Shown here: one piece after another, positions 12,120 through 25,430 of the stretch
How the letters are laid out: each line of letters opens with the position of its first letter
Numbering within the stretch: the first letter of the stretch is position 1
Program-made: the position numbers and the translations under genes
Notes under the pieces: generated by a model
Database searches by the model: none
Seen by the model: only the letters and a program-made list of their open reading frames with translations
What the model was told of the DNA's origin: nothing
From: Octopus sinensis
Lineage: Eukaryota
Direction of reading: 5' to 3'
DNA length: 64,000 nucleotides
Assembly: GCF_006345805.1 (NCBI RefSeq)
Contig: NC_043008.1
Span: 59,830,001-59,894,000 of the forward strand

Positions 12120-13200
12120 TTATCTCAGACAATAAAAAACCCACATTAATTTCCCTGCCAGTTGTGTATATACATTAAATATGATACATAGGTGGGTATC
12201 ATAATTTAATACCACTTCAGTTGCATATACTAGAATTTTATGCTGCCCAGCAGATATTTGCAATATCAGTGAATGTATTTTTTACTCTTTCTTATATCAG
12301 AGGTGACAAATTATATCTAGGCATGTGGCTGTGAGTAAATGTCCTAGACTAGGCCCAACAAGGGTGCATTGCATCTGGTTGATGGCCACAGACAGGATCA
12401 TGCTTTTCATCTCTCTTTTATATATATTGTGTTCTTTTGAAACACAGCACTTCCTTAAGAAATTTATCTTGGATGAAACTCCATTTAACGTGCCTGTCAG
12501 CTGTGTGTATACATTAAATATGATACATAGGTGGCTATTTTAATTAATACTGCTTCAATTGCATATACTAGATTTTTATGAAGCTCACTAGCTATTTGTA
12601 ATATCAGTGAATATATTTTTTACTTTTTCTTATTTGAGAAGGGACAGATTATATCTAGGCATGTGACAAGGCCTAACAAAGCTGAACTACACCTCGCATT
12701 CTTACTGGTTGCTGGTCACTAGCAAGAACTTTTTCACTCTCTCTTTGATATATATTTTGTTTTTTTTAAGCACAGCATATCCTTAAGAGATTTTATCTAG
12801 GATGAAACTCCATGTAACTTGCCTGTCAACAGTGTATTTATATTGAGCATGATACATAGATAGCTATTTTAATTTAATGCTGCTTAAATTGCATATACTA
12901 AATTTTTAGGCAGCCCAGTAACTATTTGTAATATTGGTGAAAGTATCATTCCCTGTGTCATGTATTGCAGGCAATAGATTATGTTTTGGCATGTGGTTGC
13001 AACTACATGTCATTAAACGGGCTGAAATGCACCTAGCATTTGCATTAAATACTGCGAGGATGATCTTTTGGCTATCTCCAATAATCATTGCGATCTTAAA
13101 CGTGATACATATATAAGAGATTCTATCTCAGCTGGAAACAGCAGTGATTTGCCTGCTAGCCGCATACATATATTTAGTATAATACATACATTGCCATCAT
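12120..13200. repeat. Degenerate tandem repeat, ~330-bp period, 3+ units
   Basis: Block cctg(t/c)cag..gtgtatatacattaaatatgatacatagg..ttgcatatacta recurs at about 12155, 12492, 12821 and 13151 (partial). Confidence 0.85.
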
Positions 13201-13584
13201 TTTCACTATACCCAATGTCCAAGAAAAAAAGGAAGCAAACAAAAATAAAAACTACAAGATAAATCAGTAACGGAGCAATAAAAGATATGTCACAAGAGTG
13301 CTAACCACAGACAAGAAGTCTAGTAATGTTAGCTTTCTAAAGAATTTTTATTGTCATAATAATTTAATAGCTAAGTTCTTGCCAGGCATTTGAACACGGT
13401 GTTCTTAACTTTACTACTGTTCAATGATTTTTAGGATGTTAAATTCAATGTATCATAAACGAAATAACTTTAATAACATCAACTATATTCTCTAAAGGAC
13501 GATAACACAGTCTGTTACCCCCGAAAGACTGTTTATGTTTTCTCTTGTGTATTGATTAATATAAATATTTATATTAATATTAAT

Positions 13585-14006
13585 ATGTGTGTGTGTGTGT
13601 GCGTGTGCATGTGAGTGAGTGTGTGTGTGTGCGTGCACATATTTTTATGTGTGTGTATGTACACGTACAAACACACATATATATCTATGAATATATCTTT
13701 ATCTTTATCTACATATATATATATATATATATATATATAGATATATATATATATATATGAAGATATATATATGAATATATATATATATTTGCTATAAATA
13801 AATGAATTATATATATACATACACATAAATATATATATATATACATATATATATGTATATACACATACATATACACATAGATATACATATATATATATTC
13901 ACAAGCACACATAGATATACATGACCTTATGTATATACACATATGTATGTATTCTGCATGTGTGTGTATATATATATACACACATATATTATATATATGT
14001 ATATAT

Positions 14007-14037
<31 letters not shown>

Positions 14038-14317
14038 TATTACATATATATATATATGGATGACCATATATGTGTATATGTATATTATATATACATAATA
14101 TGTATGTAATATATGTGTGTGTTTATATATATATACATATATATATACATACATGTATATATATGAGTGTATATATAAATACACACATGCACACACATTT
14201 GTGTGTGTATGCATACATGCTTACATATGCAAAAAAAAGGAACACATCCATGCATATACATACATACATACATACATACATACATACATACATACATACA
14301 TACATACATACATACAT

Positions 14318-14367
<50 letters not shown>

Positions 14368-14728
14368 TATATGATTACACTTATGGCCAAAGTCATATTA
14401 TGAATTCATTTATTTATAGCAAATTCTCTCAATTCTTGAAAACAAAAATCCATTTTGTGCATTGTTGGCATCGATGTGTAAGTCAATGTTAATTAAACTA
14501 AACAAGATATTGGGGGATTGATCTTACAACAACAAACAACAACAGAGAGAAGAGTCAGTGAAAGGTGAGGGTAGGAGTTGACTAGTTTGGAGAAGGAGAA
14601 AGATATGAAGTAGATTATATATGTATATATATATATATATCCTGAGCGCCTATTAATAATAATACTGTAATTGTTCCATTGTTGTTGTTTTTTTGTTTCC
14701 CGTTTGGATTATATATATATATATGTGC

Positions 14729-14762
<34 letters not shown>

Positions 14763-15853
14763 ATGTATATATATATATATATATATATACATATATATAT
14801 GCATATAATATAATTTATATATACACAGTTATATACATAAACATATATAATATATATGTATATTTATATTTAGATATGTAAGATATGTGTGTATGTCTTC
14901 ATATACTTATAGATATATATATATATATTGATACGTCTATATTTCAATACTTCAATACACACACACACACATACCGACTTACATACACACACACGTGTGT
15001 GTGTGTCTGTGTAGACATCTCTCCAGCTATTTCTCCCTATATTTATATATACACACACACATGTATACACCAAAAATTTGTACTTATCTGTATGTGCACA
15101 TACATGTGTGTATATATATATATATATATATATGCATACACACACATGCATATTTACATGTGTACACACATTATACATAATATATGTATATATACATATA
15201 TAAATATATATGTATATATATACACACACCTATACATACACATATATACATGCATGTGCACTCCTGTATACAAGCATATACTCTTGTACATACATACAAA
15301 TATACACACATGCGCACACACATTACTATAGTTACATAAGCACACACACACACACACACAACACACACACACACACAACAACAACAACAACAACAACAAA
15401 CAGCAAGACAGTGGAGGGAGATTTATGACAATAATTAAAGAGGTCAGCAATAATAAAAATTGTTGTAATATCACAAGGCCAAAGAGGCTAATTAGATGAA
15501 AATGTTACGGTGGGATGTATTGATGCAGAAATCTAAAAATATATGCCTTTCTTTCATTGGTCGGTTATTTTGAGAAAATTCATTGATAACTTATCAAAAA
15601 TTGATGTCTTGTATGTCATTTTGTTTATAATGAAATGATAGTATGAAAACAGCAGCAGCAGCAGAAAAGAAGAAAGAGAGAAAGAAAGAAGAAGAAGATG
15701 TGTAGTAGCAGCAGCAAAAACAAAAAAATAAAAAAGAATAAAATAAGAATAAAAGAAAATAGTGTCAATATAATAAGTAAACTTAGAGACATGTTTATAC
15801 AGACACACACATATATATATATATATACACAAGCAAACATACACATATACACG

Positions 15854-15932
<79 letters not shown>

Positions 15933-16233
15933 TCTCTCAACTCTCTCTTTCACTATATATATGTATAAGTATGTACATACATACATATACATACAAACAC
16001 ACACCCACACACTCACATACATATACGCATACACATATATATACACACGCGCTGACATACATGCATAGATAGATAGATACACACATATACATGAATATAT
16101 ATATGTACACCTACACAGATATATGCATACATTTACATATATATATATATATATATACACGCACACATTCACATATATATATACTTACATAAGACATACT
16201 CTCACATACATATATACAAACATAATCCCACAC

Positions 16234-16276
<43 letters not shown>

Positions 16277-16445
16277 TATATACTAATATAATGCAACTTA
16301 CATACCTACCCAAACACACACACACATACACACACACACACAAACACACAAAACCATATATACACTCACTCAACTGCATACATTCACACTTAGATAGACA
16401 CAGAAAAAGAAAGAAGTGTGTGTGTATGGGTGTGTGTGGGGGTGG
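13585..16445. repeat. Compound (TA)n/(CA)n/(CATA)n microsatellite field
   Basis: Direct reading. Confidence 0.9.
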
Positions 16446-17176
16446 GTAGGGTTAGTTGTTATGCTGGAGGTCATCCATTGATCAATTGGAACCATCAATA
16501 TTGATCGGTTCCATTATTTAATATATAAAACTGAAGTTTTCTAATCTTATCATCGCCACCATTTTTCCCACCACCACCACCACCACTCCTGCCACCATCA
16601 ATACCATCGCCACCACCAACGACACTGTCTTCATCATCATCATCATCATCATCATCGTCATGACCATCATCATCATTGTTGTCATCACTGTCTCATGATT
16701 CCTCTTTCACCATTCAAAGAATTATTATCATTATTATTATTATTATTATCATTATTATTATTTGTATTGTTGTTGTTGTTGTTGTTGCTGTCCCAAGAGT
16801 AGTGGATTGGCAGAAACATTAAAATCGTCAGAACAAATGCCTGGCAGTATTTGTTCCAGCTCTTTATGTTCTAAGTTCAATTCTTATTTAAGGTCAACTT
16901 TGCTTTTCATCTTGCTGGGTTTGATAAAAATCAAATATCAGACAAGTATTTTGGTTGACGGTGCTAATTAGGTCCCTCCCTTCGAGATTATAAGCCTTTG
17001 TGCTTGAATTAGAAACTCATATTTTCCTGATGTCAGCAAACTGGCAGAATTCTAAGAGCATCAGAAAAATGTTTGATGGTTTTAGCTTTTGTTCAAATTA
17101 ATCAGAGTTCAAATTCCACCAAGATTAATTTTGCTTTTCATTCCCCAGTAAAATAATTGGATTGATGGTATTGGCT

Positions 17177-17415
17177 AAGGCAGCGAGCTGGCAGAATTGT
17201 TAGCACGTCGGGTGAAATGCTTAGCGGTATTTCGGCTGCTGTTACGTTGTGAGTTCAAATTCCGCCGAGGTCGACTTTGCTTTTCATCCTTTCGGGGTCG
17301 ATAAATTAAGTACCAGTTACGCACTGGGGTCGATATAATCGACTTAATACCTATGTCCGTCCATGTTTGTCCCCTCTATGTTTAGCCCCTCGTGGGTAAT
17401 AAAGAAATAGGTATT
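17177..17415 (+). mobile_element. SINE family B
   Basis: Same head and Deu/Nin-like block as 6366. Further copies at about 1360-1525(-), 17680-17895(-), 23224-23440(+), 38050-38270(-), 40220-40510(-), 50265-50480(-), 59450-59705(-), 61775-61970(+). Confidence 0.85.
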
Positions 17416-18126
17416 GACCAAGGCCCTTCTCCCAAAATTGTGCCTAAATTAGAAATAATTAATATTATTGTCCTATTATCTGACACCCTTGTGATAAGGC
17501 TTTACATGTTTGGAATAAAGTCGGGGCAGGATTTCTGTTGGGCCCCATCAACAAACACATCAGCCTAACATGCATTTATGGTGTTCAATCTGTCTGCCAT
17601 ATCCCCATTCAATGTCTACACATTGTTCATTCATGAATTTATATTGAACTAAGCTAGCAGAGTCATGAGATCATTATATCATTTTCTACTCTAGGCACAA
17701 GGCTTGAAATTTTGTGGGAAGAGGCCAGTCGATTAGATCGACCCCAGTACACAACTGATACTTAATTTATCGGCCCCGAAAGGATGAAAGGTAAAGTCAA
17801 CCGCAGAAGAATTTGGGCTCAGAATGTAAAGACAGACGAAATGCCACTAAGCATTTCGCCCGGCATGCTAATGTCTCTGCCATCTAGCTGCCTTGTCATA
17901 AGATCATTTAACATTGGACAAAATACCTTGCGGTATGTTTTGACTCTTTACATTCTGAGTTCAATTCCCACTGGTGTCAATTTCGCTTTCATCTATCTGG
18001 GGGTTGATAAAATAAAGTATATCAGTAAAGTACTGTGGTCAATAGTAATGACGAATTCCCGGCTTTGTCTTTAATTCTTCTGGTGGTCACTGGGTTGATA
18101 AAATATAGTCAGGGGTCTATCAAATA

Positions 18127-18445
18127 TCATCATCATCATCATCATTATCGTTTAACATCCATTTTCCATGTTAGCATGGGTTGGACGGTTTGACCTGGGT
18201 CTGGGAAGCCAGGAGGCTGCACCAGACTCCAGTCTGATCTGGCAGTGTTTCTACAGCTGGATGCTCTTCGTAACACCAGCCAGTCCATGAGTGTAGTGGG
18301 TGCGTTTTATGTGCCACCGGCACAAGGGTCTGAGGAGGCTAGCAACGGCCACGATCGGTTAGTGCTTTTTACATGCCACTGGCACAGGAGCCAGTCAAGG
18401 CGGCGCTGGCATCAGTCACGTTCGGATGGTGCTTTTTATGTGGTC
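18127..18445 (-). mobile_element. Retroposon family E with (GAT)n tail
   Basis: (CAT)n-cgtttaacatccattttccatg.tagcatgggttggacg...tttctacagctggatgc and repeated gtgccaccggcac units. Other copies at about 32725-32985(+), 33145-33465, 38400-38710, 41060-41350, 46880-47060, 60415-60710. Confidence 0.75.
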
Positions 18446-18519
18446 TATCAAATATAGTACCAGTAATGTACTGGAGTTCTACATAAATCAGAAACAATTA
18501 CAAGTGAAATGGATCCATC

Positions 18520-18845
18520 TATATGCTGAGTGGTTAGAGCATCAGGCTCATAATCATGAGGTAGTGAGTTCAATCCCTGACTGGGCTGTGTTGTGTTCTT
18601 GAGCAAAACACTTTATTTCACATTGCTCCAGTTCACTCAGATGTAGAAATGAGTTGCAATGTCACTGGTGCCAAGCTGTATCAGCCTTTGCCTTTCCTTT
18701 GGATAATGTCGATGGCTTGGAGAGGAGAGGTTGGTATGCATAGGCGATTGCTAGTTTTCCATAAACAACCTTGCCTGGACTTGTGCCAGGGAGGGTAACT
18801 TTCTAGGTGCAACCCCATGGTCAGTCATGACCGAATGAGGTCTTT
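18520..18845 (+). mobile_element. SINE family D, long-tail variant
   Basis: agtggttagagcatcaggctcataatc..gagttcaatccc head and gttcttgagcaaaacac block; sister copy at 39828-40155. Confidence 0.8.
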
Positions 18846-18928
18846 ACCTCTTTATTATAAATGACATCCAACCATAGAATGCCTGTCTCAAGAGGATCCA
18901 ACTGACTGATGCAAGCATGGAAAAGTAG

Positions 18929-19006
18929 ATGTCTTCTACTATAGCCTCGGGCTGACCTAAGCCTTGTGAGTTGATTTGGTAGACAGAAACTGAAAGAAGC
19001 CCATCG

Positions 19007-19043
<37 letters not shown>

Positions 19044-19275
19044 GTGTGTATATGTTTGTGTGTCTGTGTTTGTCCCCCCAACATTGCTTGACAACCGATG
19101 CTGGTGTGTTTATGTCCCCATAACTTAGCGGTTCGGCAAAAGAGACCAATAGAATAAGTACTAGGCTTACAAAGAATAAGTCCTGGGATCAATTTGCTCG
19201 ACTAAAGGCGGTGCTCCAGCATGGCCGCAGTCAAATGACCGAAACAAGTAAAAGAGTAGAAAAGAGAGTAAAGAG
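18929..19275 (+). mobile_element. SINE family A, 5' truncated
   Basis: Matches family A from gtcttctactatagcc to the 3' end. Confidence 0.85.
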
Positions 19276-20060
19276 ATGATGAGGATTATGATGATTATGA
19301 TGATGAAATGTGAGAGTGGCCTTTCTTTTCTCTACAGGGTCACCAACAGTTTTCAATGGATACCTCTGGTGATCCAGACTTAAACCATCTCCGGCCATCC
19401 CTTGCTCATCCTGCATTAACTTGTAACCAGGTGATGGAAGCAGGAAAACAGAGACCAATAACAATCCATTTAAGTTAGGTGCTCCGGTATTGTTTTCGTT
19501 CAGAGTGAAAACTATGTCAATACAAAACACATAGGAGGGAAACAAACACATACCGTAGACATATGCACACGCATACACCTATACACATATACACAGCACA
19601 AACACACATCCGTAGAAACATACATACTCACACATACACACATACACACATATATACAGAAGTTATGTGCAGATACAGACACACAAAATTCTGTGACCCA
19701 CTAAACTATGTAACAGTGTCTTTCATGTGTAACTAATGAATCCTGGGTCCATTTCAGAATGTCATGGAATAGAATTAGTATATTGATTTTGGTCTATAAA
19801 TGAAGAATTCACTTTTATTGGAAAATGAATTATGGTCTATCTCTATAAATGTCTGAAGAATTGGACAATTTTTCTCCCTTTTTTTCACATTTTTTTTCTA
19901 TATTTACATAACGTTTTCTGAAAATTTTGTTTCCTTTCATGGCATTTTTTTATCACTAAAATATAGAGTTGTAGTTTATATATGTATACATGTATATATA
20001 TAAGCGTTTTTCTGTCTGTCTGTCTCTGTCAATGTCTCCCTCCTTCCATCTCTCTCTCTC

Positions 20061-20101
<41 letters not shown>

Positions 20102-20150
20102 TTCTTTATTAGCCACACAGGGCTATATAAACATATACTTAACTCTATGT

Positions 20151-20735
20151 ACTCTCTTTTACTCTTTTACTTGTTTCAGTCGTTTGACTGTGGCCATGCT
20201 GGAGCAGAGTCTAGAGTCGAGCAAATCGACCCAGGACTTATTCTTTGTAAGCCTAGTAAATTGTAGATTAGTTTTATGACTAGATATTCTCTAGTCGCTT
20301 TGGTAATGCTATAATTAAAGACACAGCTAGACACACAGATATATGTATGTATTAATTTTTTATCTTTCATCTTTTGTTTCAGAACTTCTAGTCAAATGAA
20401 TCGATCTCAGTTCTTCTTGTCTGAAAGCCTAGTACTTATTCTATTGGTCTCTTTTGCTGAACCACTAAGTTACGGGGACGTAAACACACCAGCATCTGTT
20501 GTCAAGCGATGTTGGGGACAAACACAGACACACAAACATATACACACACATACATATATACATATATGTGATGGGCTTCTTTCAGTTTCTGTCTACCAAA
20601 TCCACTCATTATAGTGTCTTCTACTATAGCCCGAGGCTATAGTTGAAGACACTTGCCCAAGGTGCCACACAGTAGGACTGAACCTGGAACCATGTGGTTT
20701 GTAAGCAAGCTACTTATCACACAGCCACTCCTACG
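20151..20735 (-). mobile_element. SINE family A, interrupted or partially duplicated
   Basis: 3' end at 20151-20257; body and head at 20385-20735. Confidence 0.8.
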
Positions 20736-20759
20736 TCTGAGAATATATATATATATATA

Positions 20760-21066
20760 TCACGTGATCACGTGACCGACCAGACCATCAGATGTTGTTA
20801 CACATCGCTGGTCACAATGCGTTTGCATTGTTTTAGCCTTCGAATGATGTCACCCCGCTGGCTAAGCGAGCAGGCCAACAGAAGAAAGAGTGAGAGAAAG
20901 TGTGGTGAAAGAGTACAGAAGGGATCACCACCCCCTGCTGGAGCCTCGTGGAGCTTTTTAGGTGTTTTCACTCAATAAACACTCACAACGCCCGGTCTAG
21001 GAATCGAAACCGCGATCCTACGACCACGAGTCCGCTGCCCTAACCACTGGGCCATTGCGCCTCCAC
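20760..21066 (-). mobile_element. SINE family C with RTE-derived tail
   Basis: Minus strand tggaggcgcaatggcccagtggttaggg head; tail gtgaccagcgatgtgtaacaacatctgatggtctggtcggtcacgtgatcacgtga; flanked by (TA)n. Confidence 0.85.
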
Positions 21067-21339
21067 AATATATATATATATATATATTTGGTAAAAGACA
21101 GGAGATGGAATATACGAGAAATTTTATTAATCACAACAATTGTTTCAAGATAGAGAAAGAAGAACAGAAACCTGCCTTTGGATACTTGGTTGAGCAACAG
21201 ATGACGGACAAAGATGAGAAATAAGAGAAAAGGTTACAAAAAAGATGTAAAAAGAGATACCAGAGGATATTAGGGTTGGCAAAGATGGTGGTTGTGATGG
21301 TACGAAATGATGATGAAATGAAAAAGTGGAGAGAGGTTA

Positions 21340-21670
21340 GTAGGTGGAAGATAGGAGGAGGAGGAGGAAAAAGATGAAGAAGACGAGTGGGAGGAAGATG
21401 AGAAGTGAAAATGAGGAAAACGAAGGGGAAGAAGATGATGGGGAGGAAAGCAAAGTGGAGGAAGATGTAAGAGGAAGAAGACGATGGGGAGGAAGACGAT
21501 GAGGGGGAGATGACGAGGAGGAAGATGAAAAGTAAGAAGATGATGGGAAGGAAGGCAAAGAGGAGGAAGATGAAGAGGAAGAAGACGACGGGGAGGAAGA
21601 CGATGAGCAGGAAGACGATGAGGAGGACGGTGAGGAGTAAGAAGTCGATGGGGAGGAAGATGAAGAGACA
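21340..21670. repeat. Purine-rich degenerate minisatellite
   Basis: Recurrent gaaga(c/t)gatgggaggaa units; source of the P/H/S-rich ORFs. Confidence 0.85.
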
Positions 21671-22967
21671 ACAATGGTGATATGATGATTCTGAAAGAAA
21701 GTTGATTGATCATGGTAATGACAATGATGATGATGATGATGATGATGATGAAAGACAGTGATAACAACAACAACAACAACAACAGCAACAACCAACAACA
21801 ATGACAATGCCAAAAGTATTCTTAAAGTGTTCATACCAAATGCTAGTCTCTTTTGTCTTGAATTTTTGCTTAATTTTTTACTCGGAATTTTTACCATAGT
21901 GTTTGCAATCATCATCTGCTCTGCTTTTCTATCATAACATTGCAGAACTATGAAAGTCTATGATAAAGGAAAATGCTGACTACTATATTGTATTGATATT
22001 TGATTGATCTTTGATAATGGAATTGTAGTTTTTAGTTTAAAGTTCATTAAAATTCATTAAGTACATTTAGTTAAAAGTTCAGAATTAATTTTGCTTTTTT
22101 TTCTTTCTTAAATCTTTTAGTCAGGTGGGACTAATATTTTTTCTTTTTGCTAGCATTTTTGTCTTTTATACCATTTTTTTTCTTTTATATAATTAATTAT
22201 TTAATCTTTTAGCCGGTACCCATGACCCATTAAGGGTCCTGTGGTAGTGGTGGGAGGGAAATGGAGGGAGAAAGTGGTGTAAAGTGTCCTCCTCTAACTG
22301 AAGTCCTAGCTCAACTGACTGCAACAGAATGGACTTCTCTAAAATCACCAAAGATACCAGGTTGATGGTATGTGGGGGTTAAACTAGACAAATAGGTCAT
22401 GAAGGGATTGGCATTTGGAATATAAAAAAGTGAGACAAATACCACAAGGCATATGGCTCAACAATCTGCTGTGATTGAAAAGTCCCTCTGGTGTGTAGTT
22501 TATCAGCTAAATCCAAAGGATGGTCTGATCCACAACTCATTCTTCCCATTTACCCGACAGGAAGGAATTTTCAATACAGATATTTCCTTTTTTTGTCAGG
22601 CATCTCAAGTGTAACCATGCTACCTTATTTCTTGTGGATACTATAAATCTTGTTTAAGAAGAGAAAATGTGAGAAAAAGGGAAAATGAGAAAATAGGGGG
22701 TGAGGGAAAGAGAGAGAAAAGGAAAATGACACTCTTTAGTCCTGAATGACCTTGAGGTTACACCTACAAATTTCCTTCCTGAGGCACAAGTCTAGGCAAG
22801 GTTCTTTTTTTCTTGGAAGACGATTCATTCATAAGAAATACTGAGATCTAGCATTGTCAAAATTGAAAGGCTTTGGCTGAGCGAGTTATTCTAGAGATGT
22901 CACAGTAATTGTGTGTATGCATGTGTGTGTATAAATGTGAGCATGTCTTTGATCACATGTTTGTGTG

Positions 22968-23009
<42 letters not shown>

Positions 23010-24839
23010 GCATATGATCATCACCATTTTAACATACACTTTTTGGTGCTTGTACGGTTCAGGCGGAATTTGTTGAAGTAGATTTTCCACAGCCAGATAC
23101 CCTTCCTGTCACAAACCTCATCTGTTTGCAAGCATGGAAATATTTCCTCATGTTTTGAAGGACAATATTTGTATGATGGTCTCACACACATACACACACA
23201 CACACATGCACAAATATACAATAGACGGTGAGTTGGCAGAACCGTTAGCATGCTGGGTGAAATGCTTAGCGTTATTTCGTCTGCTGTCATATTCTGAGCT
23301 CAAATTCGGCCGAGGTTGACTTTACCTTTCATCCTTTCAGGGTCAATTATATAAGTACCAGTAACTTACTGGGGTCGATGTAATTGACTTAATGTTTGTC
23401 TCCTCTATGTTTAGTCCCCTGTGGGCAATAAAGGAATAGATATACAACAGGCTTCTTTAAATTTCTATTTACCAAACCCACTGAAAAGATATTGATTGGC
23501 CCTTGGCTATATTAAAAAGAAACACTCGACCAAGGTACGAGGCTGTGGGACTGAACCAGAAACCAAATGGTTGGGAAGCAACCCCTTAACCACACAGCCC
23601 TGCATTAACATGATACATTTTAGAAATTATTTCTAGTGCTGGTGTACTAGACAATGTTGAACAGTGAAAAGAAATGAATTTATCATCTTGTCTTAAACAC
23701 AAATTTTGAAAAATTTAATGGAATAAGTAGACATCTGGGTAAAATATTATATTTATAACATGTTTACATATTTATAAAGTTATTCATAAGCTGTGTTTTT
23801 TTATTTACAAGTGAATACATTTCTCCCTTGTGGTTTTAGTGATTGAGCTTGTAAACAGAAAATTTTGAAATATGTATGTATTATATTAAGCGTAAGTTGT
23901 GCGTCTGTGTCTGAGGTAAAAGTTCCCAAACTTGAGTGTATGTTGGCTGACATCTCTTTATTCTCCTCGTTTATTCTGTTTGTTTGTTTGTTTATCTCTC
24001 ATTGTGAGTCTCCATTTTTCTGTGCTGGTGGCTATTGAATACATGTATGCATGTAGCACTGAGCAGAAAGCTGTAGATCAAGCATCTGCTGTTGGATATA
24101 TTAGTAAATTGAATGGTCAAGGAAAGAGAGAGAAAGAGAGAGAGAGAGAAAGGAAAGCAGGAGAAGAGAAATAGGAGAGATTGTGGAAGGATAAAGAGGA
24201 GAGAGAGGAGAAGAGAAAATGTGAGAAAAGGGGAAAATGAGAAAATAGGGGGTGAGGGAAAGAGAGAGAAAGAGGCAATGACAGAAAAGTAGTGACAGAG
24301 GGAAGAGAAAATTGAGATACACAGACTGATAGATAAGGAGAGAGAGATAGATAGATAGAGAGAGAGTGAGAGATAGATAGATAGATAGATAGATAGAGAA
24401 GGAGAGAGAGAGAGAATGAGAGAAAGAAAGGAAGAGAAAGGTGTTTTTAAATTGCAGATTTTTCAGCAAATACTTCTCGAAATGGCTACATTTTGTAAAT
24501 ATCTCTGATAGAATACTAACATTCACTTACTCTTCATATCACAACCTACATATTTTTTTTACATACGTGAGTACTAGTAGTAGTAGTGATGATGATGATG
24601 TTGGTGGTGGATGTAGTAGTAGTAGTAGAAGTGAGTATAGTAGTAGGGATGATGGTGTTGGTGTTGTTGTTGTTGGTTGTAGTAGTAGTAGTAGTAGTAT
24701 TAGTGTCACATTACAGAATGGTGCTTATTTGCATTTCTTTCTGTCACAATCCTGACAGTATAAAAACCTTCCCTAGAATCTTTTCCTTAACTTTTATTAA
24801 GTTCTCTCACTCTCACTCTCTCTCTCTCTCTCTCTTGAA

Positions 24840-25175
24840 CAGTTTTAGTCAAATGAATCAACCCCAGTACTATTTTTGTAAGCCTAGTACTTATTTTATC
24901 AGTCTCTTTTGCCAAGTCACTAAGTTACAGGAATGTAAATACATCCACACCAGTGGTCAAGCAGTGGTGGAGGACAAACTCTGACACAAAGACACACATA
25001 ATTATATATTCGATGGACTTCTTTTAGGTTCTGTTTACTAAATCCACCCACAGAGCTTTGGTCAGCCCAAGGCTATAGTAGAAGACACTTGCTCATGGCA
25101 CTATGCAGTGGGACTGAACCCAGAACAAAGTGGGTAGGAACCAAATTTCTTACCACACAGCCACACCTGCACCTA

Positions 25176-25216
<41 letters not shown>

Positions 25217-25430
25217 TAGATCTATATAGGTGCAGGAGTAGTTGTGTGGTAAGTAGCTTACTTACCAACTATATGGTTCTGTGTGGCAACTTGGGCAAGT
25301 GTCTTTTGCTATAGACTTGGGCCAACCAAAGCCTTGTGAGTGGATTTGGTAGACAGAAACTGAAAGAAGCCCATTGTATATATATATATGTGTGTGTGTG
25401 TATGTGTGTGTGTATTTGTGTGTGTATAAA
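24840..25430. mobile_element. Back-to-back family A SINEs
   Basis: Minus copy at 24840-25174, (CA)n spacer, plus partial copy at 25228-25430. Confidence 0.8.

Noticed and set aside
12120-13200. Cadherin- or Ig-like coding repeats (330 bp is about 110 aa)
   Set aside because: Only short ORFs on either strand and no domain motifs.
19338-19430. Candidate 93-nt exon (ctacag|...CAG|gtgatg; GHQQFSMDTSGDPDLNHLRPSLAHPALTCNQ)
   Set aside because: Open only in phase 0, incompatible with the phase-1 donor at 992; no recognisable domain.
21270-21915. Pro/His/Ser-rich ORFs
   Set aside because: Products of a GA-rich minisatellite and trinucleotide repeats.
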